A DNA stretch of 64,000 nucleotides from an uncultured Gemmatimonadaceae bacterium. GTDB lineage: Bacteria > Gemmatimonadota > Gemmatimonadetes > Gemmatimonadales > Gemmatimonadaceae. Numbering within the stretch: position 1 is the stretch's first letter; each line of letters opens with the position of its first letter. Below, piece by piece: positions 22,273 to 31,443 of this stretch. Position numbers and translations under genes: made by a program. The DNA lies in the NCBI GenBank assembly GCA_963843845.1, contig CAWJMB010000002.1, forward strand, positions 480,001 through 544,000. Reading direction: 5' to 3'. Below the pieces are notes generated by a model. It was not told the origin of the DNA, searched no databases, and saw only the letters and a program-made list of their open reading frames with translations.

Positions 22273-22653
22273 ATCGACCGCCCCCACCCTCGCCCTGACC
22301 GCCTCGAAGTCGAGCACCGGCCGCACCTCCACGCACCCGTACTCCGACCACGGGAACGTCGCCGCGATCGCGACCGCCTCGTCGATGTCGGCCGCCTCGA
22401 TGAGGTTGAAGCCGCCGAGCACCTCCTTCGCCTCGCTGAACGGGCCATCGAGCGCGGCGAGCCGCCCGCCGCGGCGCCGCACCGCCTTCGCCGTCGGCGC
22501 GGGGGCGAGCATCTGGCTGTCGTGCAACGTGCCGCGGCGGCGCAGCGCGTCGGCGTTCGCGATGCAGCCGTGCAGCAGCGTGTCCATGCGCCCCGGCGGG
22601 AGCGCGTCGACGAGCGTCGGGTCGAGGTAGATCAGCAGCGCGAACTGCGGCAT
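22222..22653 (-). CDS. YciI family protein
   Basis: DGPFSEAKEVLGGFNLIEA, CVEVRPV. Confidence 0.88.
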   Translation of the reverse strand: MPQFALLIYLDPTLVDALPPGRMDTLLHGCIANADALRRRGTLHDSQMLAPAPTAKAVRRRGGRLAALDGPFSEAKEVLGGFNLIEAADIDEAVAIAATFPWSEYGCVEVRPVLDFEAVRARVGAVDTAVTVGRGLYGGSETA

Positions 22654-22667
22654 GGGCGCGGGAGGGG

Positions 22668-23063
22668 TCAGGGTAAGTTGAGCTGCCACGACACGCCGAA
22701 GCGGTCGCTGCACCAGCCGAAGCGCGCGCTGAAGCCATAGTCGCCGAGCGGCATGAGCACGGCGCCGCCGGCGGCGAGCGCGGCGAACGCCGTCTCCAGC
22801 TCCTCCGCGCTCGCGCAGTCGACGAACAGCGACATCGACGGCGTGAACGTGAACGCATGCGGCATCGGGCTGTCGATGCAGGCCAGGCGGTGGCCGGCGA
22901 TCGTGAACGTCGCGCGCTTGACCGAGCCCTCGGGCCCCGCCTCCCCGGCGCCGTAGCGCTCGACGCTCGTGACCTCGGAGCCGGCGAACAGCGCGACGTA
23001 GGCGCGCATCGCCTCCTCGGCCGCGCCTTCGAACATGAGCTGTGTGGTGACCGTCTGTGGCAT
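22668..23063 (-). CDS. VOC / PhnB-like (3-demethylubiquinone methyltransferase-like) protein
   Basis: LMFEGAAEEA, FTFTPSMSLFV, MPLGDYGFSARFGW, DRFGVSWQL. Confidence 0.9.
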   Translation of the reverse strand: MPQTVTTQLMFEGAAEEAMRAYVALFAGSEVTSVERYGAGEAGPEGSVKRATFTIAGHRLACIDSPMPHAFTFTPSMSLFVDCASAEELETAFAALAAGGAVLMPLGDYGFSARFGWCSDRFGVSWQLNLP

Positions 23064-23072
23064 ATTCGCGGA

Positions 23073-25496
23073 ATGAGATGCTGCCATTCTACGCGCGCCG
23101 CGGTGCGTCCGCTCGCCGCGTCCCTGGTCGCCGCGTGGGCGCTCGCCGCGGCGACCGTGACGACGCTCGCGACCGCTCCGGCCGCCGGCGCGCAGCCGGC
23201 CGACAGCGCGACCGTCACGATCGTCGCCCGCCGCGACAGCGCGCCGCTCGCCGACGTCCGCGTGCGCGTGCTCGGCCTGCCGCTCGGCGGGGCGACGGAC
23301 GGGTCGGGGCGGCTCGTGCTGCGCGTGCCGGCCGGCGACCGCGCGCTCGTCGCGGCGCGGCTCGGCTTCGTCCCGGACACGCTCCGCGTCGCGCTCCGCG
23401 CCGGCCAGGACACCACGCTCGCCGTGCGGCTCGCCGGGGCGGCGGCCGACGTCGAGGCGATCGTCGTCACGGCGACGCGCGCCGAGCGCCGCGTCGAGGA
23501 CACCCCGATCCGCGTCGAGGTCATCGACGAAGAAGAGGTGGCCGAGAAGGTCAGCATGACGCCCGGCGACATCGCGATGATGCTGAACGAGACGAGCGGG
23601 CTGCGCGTGCAGGCGACGAACCCGTCGCTGGGCGGGGCGAGCGTGCGCGTGCAGGGGCTGCGCGGCCGCTACACGCTGCTCCTCGCCGACGGGCTGCCGC
23701 TCTACGGCGGTCAGGCGGGAGGGCTCGGCCTCCTCCAGATCCCGCCGGTCGACCTCGGCCGCGTCGAGATCGTCAAAGGCTCGGCCTCGGCGCTCTACGG
23801 CAGCTCGGCGTTGGGCGGGGTCGTCGACCTCGTGTCCCGCCGGCCGGGCGAGGAGGGAGAGCGCACGCTGCTCGTGAACGGCACGACGCGCGGCGGCGCC
23901 GACGGCGTGTTCTTCGGCGCCGCGCCGCTCGGCGCGCGGTGGGGGTACACGCTGCTCGCCGGCGCGCACGCGCAGCGCCGCAACGACCTCGACGGCGACG
24001 GGTGGACCGACATGCCGGGGTACGAGCGCGCCGTCGTCCGCCCGCGGCTGTTCTACAGCAGCGGCGGCGGGACGACGGCGTTCGTCACCGGCGGCTTCAC
24101 CGGCGAGGGGCGCGACGGCGGCACGCTGAGCGGGCGCTTCGCCCCCGACGGGCGCCCGTACGACGAGTCGCTGCGCACGCGCCGCGCGGACGTCGGCTTC
24201 GTCGCGCGCCGCGTGCTCGGCGGGCCGTCGGGCGCGGAGGCGTTCGGGACAGAAGCGTCAGGCACGAACGCGTCAGGCACGAACGCGTCAGGCACGAACG
24301 CGTTCGGCGTCGACCAGCCTCGTGGCGGCCTGCTGCGCGGCGCGATCGCGAGCGTGCGCGCGTCGGCGAACACGCAGCGCCATCGGCACCAGTTCGGCTC
24401 GGTGCGCGAGCGCGACCGGCACACGACGTGGTTCGGCGAGGCGTCGCTCGCCGTGCCGCGCGGCGCGGCGACGTACGTGCTGGGCGCGGCGCTGCAGCAG
24501 GAGACGTATCGCGCGCGCGACGTCGCCGGCTTCGACTACCGCTACACGATCCCCGCCGCGTTCGCGCAGGCCGACGTCGACGCCGCGTCGTGGCTCGCGC
24601 TCTCGGCGAGCGCGCGCGTCGACGCGCACAGTGCGTACGGCACGTTCGTGAACCCGCGCCTCTCGCTGCTCGCGCGGCTCGGCGCCGGGTGGACGTCGCG
24701 GCTGTCGGGCGGCACGGGGGCGTTCGCGCCGACGCCGTTCACCGAGGAGACCGAGGTCACCGGCCTCGCCCCGCTCGCCCCGCTCGCGGGGCTCCGAGCC
24801 GAACGCGCCCGGAGCGCGTCGCTCGACGTCGGTGGGCCGCTCGCGACGCCGTTCGGCGCCCTGGAACTGAACGCGACCGCGTTCGGGTCGACGATCGCGC
24901 ACGCGTTGCAGCTGCGCGCCGCGGGCGGCGTCACGCCGGCCGGCGCGTCGCGCGTGCTGCTCGCGAACGCCGACGGGCGCACGCGCACGTGGGGGGGCGA
25001 GCTGCTCGCGCGGCTCGTTCACGAGGTCGGCGACGGGCGCGCCGCGCGCGTGACGGCGACGTACACGTATCTGCGCGCGACCGAGTGCGACCCCGACGCG
25101 GCGCGCGGGCCCGCTCCGTCATCTGCAACGGACGCGTCGTGCGCGCGGCGCGCCGTGCCGCTCAACCCGCGCCACGCGGTCGGCCTCGTCGGCAGCGTCG
25201 AGCACGAGGGCGTGAGCCGAGTCGGCGTCGAGCTGTATCACACGGGGCGGCAGACGCTCGAGGACGATCCGTACCGCGCGCTGAGTCGCCCCTACCTCGT
25301 CGTCGGCGTGCTCGCCGAGCGGCAGTTCGGCGCGGTGCGCGCGTTCGTGAACGCCGAGAACCTCGGCGACGTGCGGCAGACGCGCGTCGATCCGCTCGTG
25401 CTGCGGGCGCGCGGTGAGGGGGGACGGTGGACGACGCCGGTGTGGAGTCTGCTCGAAGGGCGGACGGTGAACGGTGGCGTGCGCATGACCTGGTAG
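23073..25496 (+). CDS. TonB-dependent receptor
   Basis: IVVTATR, VRVQGLRGRYTLLLADGLP, RVEIVKGSASALYGSSALGGVV, C-terminal W; start 23073 or GTG 23103. Confidence 0.92.
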   Translation: MRCCHSTRAAVRPLAASLVAAWALAAATVTTLATAPAAGAQPADSATVTIVARRDSAPLADVRVRVLGLPLGGATDGSGRLVLRVPAGDRALVAARLGFVPDTLRVALRAGQDTTLAVRLAGAAADVEAIVVTATRAERRVEDTPIRVEVIDEEEVAEKVSMTPGDIAMMLNETSGLRVQATNPSLGGASVRVQGLRGRYTLLLADGLPLYGGQAGGLGLLQIPPVDLGRVEIVKGSASALYGSSALGGVVDLVSRRPGEEGERTLLVNGTTRGGADGVFFGAAPLGARWGYTLLAGAHAQRRNDLDGDGWTDMPGYERAVVRPRLFYSSGGGTTAFVTGGFTGEGRDGGTLSGRFAPDGRPYDESLRTRRADVGFVARRVLGGPSGAEAFGTEASGTNASGTNASGTNAFGVDQPRGGLLRGAIASVRASANTQRHRHQFGSVRERDRHTTWFGEASLAVPRGAATYVLGAALQQETYRARDVAGFDYRYTIPAAFAQADVDAASWLALSASARVDAHSAYGTFVNPRLSLLARLGAGWTSRLSGGTGAFAPTPFTEETEVTGLAPLAPLAGLRAERARSASLDVGGPLATPFGALELNATAFGSTIAHALQLRAAGGVTPAGASRVLLANADGRTRTWGGELLARLVHEVGDGRAARVTATYTYLRATECDPDAARGPAPSSATDASCARRAVPLNPRHAVGLVGSVEHEGVSRVGVELYHTGRQTLEDDPYRALSRPYLVVGVLAERQFGAVRAFVNAENLGDVRQTRVDPLVLRARGEGGRWTTPVWSLLEGRTVNGGVRMTW
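24255..24303 (+). repeat. 15-nt tandem repeat GCGTCAGGCACGAAC x3 (ASGTN)
   Basis: Read directly; in frame within receptor. Confidence 0.9.
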
Positions 25497-25509
25497 CGGC
25501 CGCGCCGCG

Positions 25510-26823
25510 TCAGTCGCCGGCGGGGCGCTCCAGCGCCGCCAGCCGCGCCTCGGTCGCCGCCCGGTAGTGCGTGAATTCGAAGGGCAGTGCCACGCTCCGC
25601 CGGATCGCGTCCTCGACGACCGCGTCGACGCGCGCCTTCTGTTCCGGAGCGGCGACGCGGGTGCCTAACGCGCCGGCCGCCATGCCGAGCCGCCCGGCGA
25701 CCTTGACCGAGAGCGCCTGGACCCGCGCCCCGGCCGCCTCGACGTCGGCGATCAGCGGCGCGATCGCGTCGAGCTTGGCGCGAGTGAACGCCAGCAGCTC
25801 CGGCGTCGCGGGGCCGCCGGCCGCCGCCCCAGCCTCGAGCCGGTCGAGCTCCGCGTTCAGCGCCCCCGCCCGGTCGCGCGCCGCGCGCTCGCTCGACATC
25901 AGCTCCTCGTGCGCGCGCAGCAGCTCGGCCACGAGCGGCTGCACCCACTCGAGCACGCCGGTGCCCAGCAGCGCGAGGCGCGTTCGCTGCCATGCGGTCG
26001 CCGCGTCGAGGTCGCCGAGCGCCGCCTCGCGGCGGATCGAGACGAGCGTGTCGACGAGCGGCGCGGCGCGTCGCCCCGCGAACAGATGCAGCAGCAGCTG
26101 CACCACGATGGTGCCCAACGCTGCGACGCGCAGCGCGTCGAGCGGTCGCCCCGGCGGCACGACGCGGAGGCCGGCGAGCAGACCGATCACCCCGACGACG
26201 CTCCAGGCGAGCAGCACGACGGTCGTCGCCCGCTGCGCCGTCGTCCGGAACTCGGGGCGCTGCATCGGGATCCCGAGCGCGAGGCTGAGCGCGCCGAGCG
26301 CGTAGAGCAGCGGCGTCACGACGAGCACCGAGAGGAGCGCGACGCGTCCCCACCCCGGGAGCAGCGCGCGCGCGTACCACGCCGCCGCGGCGACGAGCGC
26401 GCCGCGGGCCGCGAGCAGCAGCAGCCCCGACGGTCGCGCGCCGGCGAACGAGCCGAAGCGGAAGCGACTCGGCGACGCCGTCTCGCTGGCCACGTCGAGC
26501 ACGGCAGGCATGAGCAGGTCGGCGACGATCGACAGGGCGACGAACAGCAGCGCGACCGCGTGCGGCGACGCGGAGAACCCCTTCTCCCACGCGTCGAGCA
26601 GCAGCGTGCACGTCGCGCCGAGCGTGGCGAGCAGCGCCCACGTGTTCCACCCGCCGCGCGTCTGCGTCGCGCGCGCCTGCTCGATCTCGGTGTCGAGCAG
26701 CGCGAGCAGCGAGTCGACCGACGGCGGGACGGATGCCGCCGGCGCCGGCTCGGCCGCAGCGTTCGGCGCGGCCTCGGGCGCGGCCTCGGGCGCGGCCTCG
26801 GGCGCGGCCTCGGGCGCGGTCAC
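25510..26823 (-). CDS. Hypothetical multi-pass membrane protein with C-terminal coiled-coil-like region
   Basis: About six hydrophobic segments followed by a helical charged region; N-terminal APEA repeats. Confidence 0.6.
   Translation of the reverse strand: MTAPEAAPEAAPEAAPEAAPNAAAEPAPAASVPPSVDSLLALLDTEIEQARATQTRGGWNTWALLATLGATCTLLLDAWEKGFSASPHAVALLFVALSIVADLLMPAVLDVASETASPSRFRFGSFAGARPSGLLLLAARGALVAAAAWYARALLPGWGRVALLSVLVVTPLLYALGALSLALGIPMQRPEFRTTAQRATTVVLLAWSVVGVIGLLAGLRVVPPGRPLDALRVAALGTIVVQLLLHLFAGRRAAPLVDTLVSIRREAALGDLDAATAWQRTRLALLGTGVLEWVQPLVAELLRAHEELMSSERAARDRAGALNAELDRLEAGAAAGGPATPELLAFTRAKLDAIAPLIADVEAAGARVQALSVKVAGRLGMAAGALGTRVAAPEQKARVDAVVEDAIRRSVALPFEFTHYRAATEARLAALERPAGD
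26765..26819 (-). repeat. 12-nt tandem repeat x4.5 (APEA)
   Basis: GGCGCGGCCTCG units on the + strand. Confidence 0.9.
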
Positions 26824-26830
26824 CGCGGCG

Positions 26831-27739
26831 TCACGCCGGCGCGGCGGGCTCGCGCTCGTACACGACGCGCAGCCGCCGCGGCTCGACGAACCCCGCGGCC
26901 TCGATCACGCCGTCGCTCTCCGCCGCGACGAACGTGCGGGGCGACCGCCCGCCGGCGACCGCCGCCGTCAGCGCGACGAGCGCGCCACAGAAGAACCGGT
27001 TGCACGTGTCCGAGCGGAGCTCGCGCGGCAGCGCGCACCCGCGCTCGGTGTGGTTGATGCACGAGTGCTCGAGCGAGACGGCGGGCACGCGCTCGAGGTA
27101 GGCGCGGAGCGCGTCGCGCGGGCGGGCCGCCGGGTGCGCGTCGAGCCACCGCCGCAGCGTGTCGATCGCGAGGTACGCGTGGTTCGCGCCGCCGCGACAG
27201 CAGCCGCCGGAGCAGAGCGTGCACGCGGCGCCCAGCACGTACGCCAGGTCGTCGGTGACCGGCTCGGGCTCGTACGGCGCCTCGTCGTACGGCACCCCCG
27301 CGTCGCGCCGCCGCACGGCTTCACCGATCAGCGTCGCGAGCCGCGCTCGGTACGCGCGCCGCCGCTCGCGCGACACCGGCGTCGGCGTCGTGCGGCGCCC
27401 CGTGACCGCCGTCACCGGATACGCCGCGGCGTCCGCGACGCCGGCCGACGCGGCGCCGTCGTTCCGGATCGCGTGCGCCTGCGCGACCAGCACGTTCCAC
27501 TCACGCTGCCGCCGCTCGCGCACATCGCGCAGCACCTGCTGCCGACACGCCGCCGTCGCGCACAGCCGCGCCGCGCGCTCCGACGCGCCGAGCGGCCGCG
27601 CGCACACCCGACACCGATCGTGCGCCGGCGTCGACTGGTGCGTCCAGCGGCACGCGCGCGCGCCACACGTCGGACGCGTCAGCGCGTCGCGCGGCGTGAG
27701 GGGCGCGTCGCAGACGACGCACCGCTCGGCGTTCGTCAT
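26831..27739 (-). CDS. Cys-rich hypothetical protein: two Zn-ribbon-like repeats plus YkgJ-like cysteine cluster
   Basis: CVVC..CGARAC, CRVC..CATAAC, CTLCSGGCC, SCINHTERGCAL..RSDTCNRFFC; ATGA overlap with upstream gene. Confidence 0.7.
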   Translation of the reverse strand: MTNAERCVVCDAPLTPRDALTRPTCGARACRWTHQSTPAHDRCRVCARPLGASERAARLCATAACRQQVLRDVRERRQREWNVLVAQAHAIRNDGAASAGVADAAAYPVTAVTGRRTTPTPVSRERRRAYRARLATLIGEAVRRRDAGVPYDEAPYEPEPVTDDLAYVLGAACTLCSGGCCRGGANHAYLAIDTLRRWLDAHPAARPRDALRAYLERVPAVSLEHSCINHTERGCALPRELRSDTCNRFFCGALVALTAAVAGGRSPRTFVAAESDGVIEAAGFVEPRRLRVVYEREPAAPA

Positions 27740-29994
27740 TGTGCGCCGACGGCCGCCGTCTTCTTCGCCGCGTCCTTCTTCAGGTACGTGTCGTACCAGC
27801 CGAGGATGCGGCCGACATAGTCGCGATAGTCCCCCTCGCTGGCGTTCCCCGCACCGTGCCCGCCGTTCATGTAGTTCACCCACGTCACGTCTCTGCCCAG
27901 ACGGCGGAGCGCGTAGTACATCTCGCGCGTGTTGTCGGCAGGGACGTTCTGGTCCTGCTGCCCGGTGAGCAGCAGCAGCGGCGTCGTGATGCGGTCCGCG
28001 AACATGATGGCCGAGTGCTGCACGTACTTCTGCGGCTGCTGCCAGAGCGTCGCGCCGATGCGGTCCTGGCTCTTCTCCGCCGCGTGGATGTTGCGCACGC
28101 CGAGCCGCGGGCTGTCCGTGTAGAACGAGATCATGTCGACCTTCCCCGAGATGTTGATCGCCGCCTTGAAGCGGTTCGTCTGCGCGATGAGCAGGTTCGC
28201 CGCGTAGCCGCCGTAGCTCGTGCCGTGCACGCCGAGCTTCGCCGAGTCGGCGACTCCCATCTCGATGAGCTTGTTCGCCGCCGACGTCACCCCCTTCACC
28301 CACGCCTCGCCGGGGTAGCCGACGTCGAAGTCGACCGACGGCTGCACGACGACGTAGTCGTGCGCGGTGAGGACGTTGATGACCGGGTCGAACCCGTCGT
28401 TGAAGAACTCCTCGTAGATGTTGAAGACCGTCGGGTAGCGCGTTCCCTCGCGGAAGCCGGGCGGGAGGTACGCGACGCCGTACTTGCGGTGCCCGTCGGC
28501 GTCGAGGTAGTCGATGAGGCGCGCGCTGCCTAACGCCTTCCCGTCGAGCTGGGGGTTCGCCCGCACGAGGCGCCGCACGTTCTTCAGATCCGCGTCGGCG
28601 ACGTAGAGGTCGCCCGGCCTCGCGACGTCGGCGATCGAGAGGACGGCGGTGCTGCCGTCCTTCGAGAGGCGGAGGCTCGAGTAGCCGCGCGCGTCCATGA
28701 CGAGCGTGTCGAGCGCGCGCGTCGTGCGGTCGTAGCGCACGAGGCCGCGCTCCCACTTCTCGCGCGACGCGTGGCTCAGGTAGAGCCACCGCCCGTCCGC
28801 GCTCCACGCGACGACGGCGCGCGTCGGGGCGCGCGACGTCGAGTCGGGGGTCGCCGAGAACATCGTCCTCTCCCCGCTCGCGACGTCGACGACCCACAGC
28901 CCGTCCTTGTTCGACGCCAGCAGCGCGTCGCCGCTCGGCGAGAAGCGGATCGGGGTGAAGCGCGCGCGCTCCCGCCGCGCGCGCACGCTGTCGGCTGCAA
29001 CGCTGTCGGTCGGCAGCCGTCCGGTGTCGGAGGGGGCGGGGCCGGCGAGCAGCCGGGTCGCCGTGTCGCGCGTCGAGGCGACGCGGATGCGACCGTCGCG
29101 CGCGAATGCGTAGCGCGTGCCGTCCTCCGCCCACACGACGGTGGTCCCTTTCGTCGACGGGAACAGCGTGCGGGCACTCGAGTCGGCGAGGCCGCGCGTG
29201 ACGAGCCGGTGCTCGCTTCCGAAGATGACGTCGTAGTCGGTCTTCTTCGTGATGTCTTCCGTCCACGTCACGCCGCCGTCGCGCGCGAGCGTGTACGACC
29301 CGACCATCGTCTCGGGGATCAGCTCGCGCGCCCGCTTCGTGACGACGTCGACGGCGACCACGGAGCGGACGTTCGCGCGGCGGCGGATCGCGTCCCAGGC
29401 GAGGAACGGGTCCTTCGACGACTGCACGAAGATCGGCCCGCTCGTCTGCCGTGCGAAGTGCGCACGCGCCGAGTCGCGCCACGCCGTCGTGTGCAGCGAG
29501 AAGACGAGCGACCGGCCGTCGTCCGTCCACCGCAGGTCGCTGTTCTCGGCGACGTACTTTCCGTTCGGCACGGCGACTGGCGTGAGGCGCCCGCCGGCGC
29601 GCTCCCAGAGGACGGGCTGCCAGCTCTCGCCCTGCCGCACGAGGAGCGCGAGCCTGGCCGCGTCGGGCGACCACGCGGCGCCGCCGACGTCGCGCGTGTC
29701 GGCGAACACGGCGCGCCGCGCGCCGCTCCGCGTGTCGATGACCCACACGCGCGCCGGCTGCGGCCGCAGGTACGTCGGGTCGCCGTCGCGGTGATAGTTC
29801 ACCGTGAGCCCGTCGCGTCGCGTCGACGACAGCGCGGCGAGCCACTGCCCGTCGGTCGACAGGTCGGCGACGCGGTAGGTCACGAGGTCGAGCGCGTCGT
29901 CGACGGTGAAGCGCGGCTGGGCGTGCGCCGAGCGCGGCGCCACCGCGGCGGCGGTCGCGAGTGCGAGGGGGATCGAGACGAGGAAGCGTCGCAT
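27736..29994 (-). CDS. S9 prolyl oligopeptidase family serine peptidase, secreted
   Basis: Signal peptide; WSPD propeller repeats; GTSYGG, GQQDQNV, GGHG catalytic motifs. Confidence 0.9.
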   Translation of the reverse strand: MRRFLVSIPLALATAAAVAPRSAHAQPRFTVDDALDLVTYRVADLSTDGQWLAALSSTRRDGLTVNYHRDGDPTYLRPQPARVWVIDTRSGARRAVFADTRDVGGAAWSPDAARLALLVRQGESWQPVLWERAGGRLTPVAVPNGKYVAENSDLRWTDDGRSLVFSLHTTAWRDSARAHFARQTSGPIFVQSSKDPFLAWDAIRRRANVRSVVAVDVVTKRARELIPETMVGSYTLARDGGVTWTEDITKKTDYDVIFGSEHRLVTRGLADSSARTLFPSTKGTTVVWAEDGTRYAFARDGRIRVASTRDTATRLLAGPAPSDTGRLPTDSVAADSVRARRERARFTPIRFSPSGDALLASNKDGLWVVDVASGERTMFSATPDSTSRAPTRAVVAWSADGRWLYLSHASREKWERGLVRYDRTTRALDTLVMDARGYSSLRLSKDGSTAVLSIADVARPGDLYVADADLKNVRRLVRANPQLDGKALGSARLIDYLDADGHRKYGVAYLPPGFREGTRYPTVFNIYEEFFNDGFDPVINVLTAHDYVVVQPSVDFDVGYPGEAWVKGVTSAANKLIEMGVADSAKLGVHGTSYGGYAANLLIAQTNRFKAAINISGKVDMISFYTDSPRLGVRNIHAAEKSQDRIGATLWQQPQKYVQHSAIMFADRITTPLLLLTGQQDQNVPADNTREMYYALRRLGRDVTWVNYMNGGHGAGNASEGDYRDYVGRILGWYDTYLKKDAAKKTAAVGAQ

Positions 29995-30004
29995 GATCGA
30001 GGTC

Positions 30005-30385
30005 TCAGAGGGTGGAGCGCTCTCCAGGATATTGCGCCGCCAGCCGCTTCGGCGCGACCAGCCGCCACCCGTCCCACAGCAGCCCGCCGAGCTCCGCCCA
30101 GTCGCACGCGCCGTCGAGCCACACGCCGACCCAGCCGCTCGGCCCGACGTACGGCGGCACGAAGAAGCGCGCCGGGAACGCGCGCACCATCAGGTCCTGA
30201 TTCCCGGGCGCGGCCTTGAGCCACACCGCGGGCCGGCCGGCGCCATGATGATTGTTCGCCGAGGCGTGCATGGCGAACAGCTTGTTGCGAACGCGGAAGG
30301 TCGGCTCGCCCCACGCCTCGACCTCGTGTGACTCGGGAAGGGCGAGGGCGAGCTTGCGGAGGCGGGTGAGCGGTCGGGGGGGCAC
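30005..30385 (-). CDS. MmcQ/YjbR family DNA-binding protein
   Basis: LALPE..E..AWGEPTFRVRNKLFA, FFVPPYVGPSGWVGV, WRLVAPKRL. Confidence 0.88.
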   Translation of the reverse strand: MPPRPLTRLRKLALALPESHEVEAWGEPTFRVRNKLFAMHASANNHHGAGRPAVWLKAAPGNQDLMVRAFPARFFVPPYVGPSGWVGVWLDGACDWAELGGLLWDGWRLVAPKRLAAQYPGERSTL

Positions 30386-30395
30386 GGTCGGCGGG

Positions 30396-30881
30396 TCAGG
30401 GCGCCTGACGCGTCCCGATGCTCGTCACGACGATCGCCCCCGCGCCGTGGTCCAGCCCCCACCGCCCCGCGGCCGAGATCCCGTCCACCCACTCCATGCG
30501 CGCGATCCCGAGCGCCGGGATGTCGCGCAGCGCGTCGAGCCCCGCCGTCATCCGCGCGTTGCCGAGGTAGACCTGGATCGCGGTCGGCTTCGTGAACGAG
30601 TCGGCGCCGCGCGCCTGCAGCCAGCGCGGGCGGAGGGTGGCGACGAGGTCGTAGGCGGTCGCGTTTCCCGCCGCGGCCCTCAGGTCCTCGGTCGTGAGCA
30701 GATTCGCGTTGCCGCGGGTCGCTGGGCGCGCAGCGGTCGTCGAGGCGCCCGGGCTCGCGGCGCTCGTGGCGCTCGTGCGCCCGCACGCCGCGGCGACGGT
30801 GAGGAACGCGCCGAGCGCGAGGGCGATGCGGCGGGCGTGGCGCGCGCGAGCGCGGCTCGATGGCGAGAGCGACGTCGGCAT
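30396..30881 (-). CDS. Putative lipoprotein with stand-alone TonB plug-like domain
   Basis: Lipobox-like AAAC; LLTTEDL, YDLV..LRP, VYL.N, GAGAIVV. Confidence 0.55.
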   Translation of the reverse strand: MPTSLSPSSRARARHARRIALALGAFLTVAAACGRTSATSAASPGASTTAARPATRGNANLLTTEDLRAAAGNATAYDLVATLRPRWLQARGADSFTKPTAIQVYLGNARMTAGLDALRDIPALGIARMEWVDGISAAGRWGLDHGAGAIVVTSIGTRQAP

Positions 30882-30929
30882 GAGGAAGTCCGCGTGGCGG
30901 TGGCGCGCTCGGCGGCGACGGTGGGCGCG

Positions 30930-31394
30930 CTAGCCGAGCTGCGTGACGAGCGCGCGCACGACGAACCATGCCGCGGCGCCGACGGCGACGAGCAGCAGCA
31001 GCAGCGCGAGGGCGACGAGCGCGACGACGCCGCCGCTCGCGGCGCGCGTGCGCTGCGGGTCGGCGAGGTGGCGCTCGAGCAGCGCGACGTTCCGCACGTT
31101 CGCCCGGAAGCCGACGTCGAACAGATCGCCGAGGATCGGGATCGCGCCGACGGCGGCGTCGATCAACACGTTGAGCACCATGCGCGCGAGCACGGTGCCG
31201 GACGCCCCGTCACGCGCCGCCGCGAGCACGACGAGGCTGGCGAGCGCGGTGCCCGCCACGTCGCCGACGCCGGGAATGAGCCCGATGACCGCGTCGAGCC
31301 CGATGCCGACCTTCGTGCCGGGGATGCGCACGAGGTCGTCGAGCACGCGGACGAGCGCGTGGAGGCCGGCGCGTGGCGCGACGGGAGCGGTCAT
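30930..31394 (-). CDS. DUF4112 domain protein
   Basis: LDDLVRIPGT, GLDAVIGLIPGVGD, GAIPILGDLFD, RANVRNVALL. Confidence 0.9.
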   Translation of the reverse strand: MTAPVAPRAGLHALVRVLDDLVRIPGTKVGIGLDAVIGLIPGVGDVAGTALASLVVLAAARDGASGTVLARMVLNVLIDAAVGAIPILGDLFDVGFRANVRNVALLERHLADPQRTRAASGGVVALVALALLLLLVAVGAAAWFVVRALVTQLG

Positions 31395-31443
31395 GCCATC
31401 ACGATAGCCGGGTCACATCGACCACGGCGGCTTCACGTGTCGC

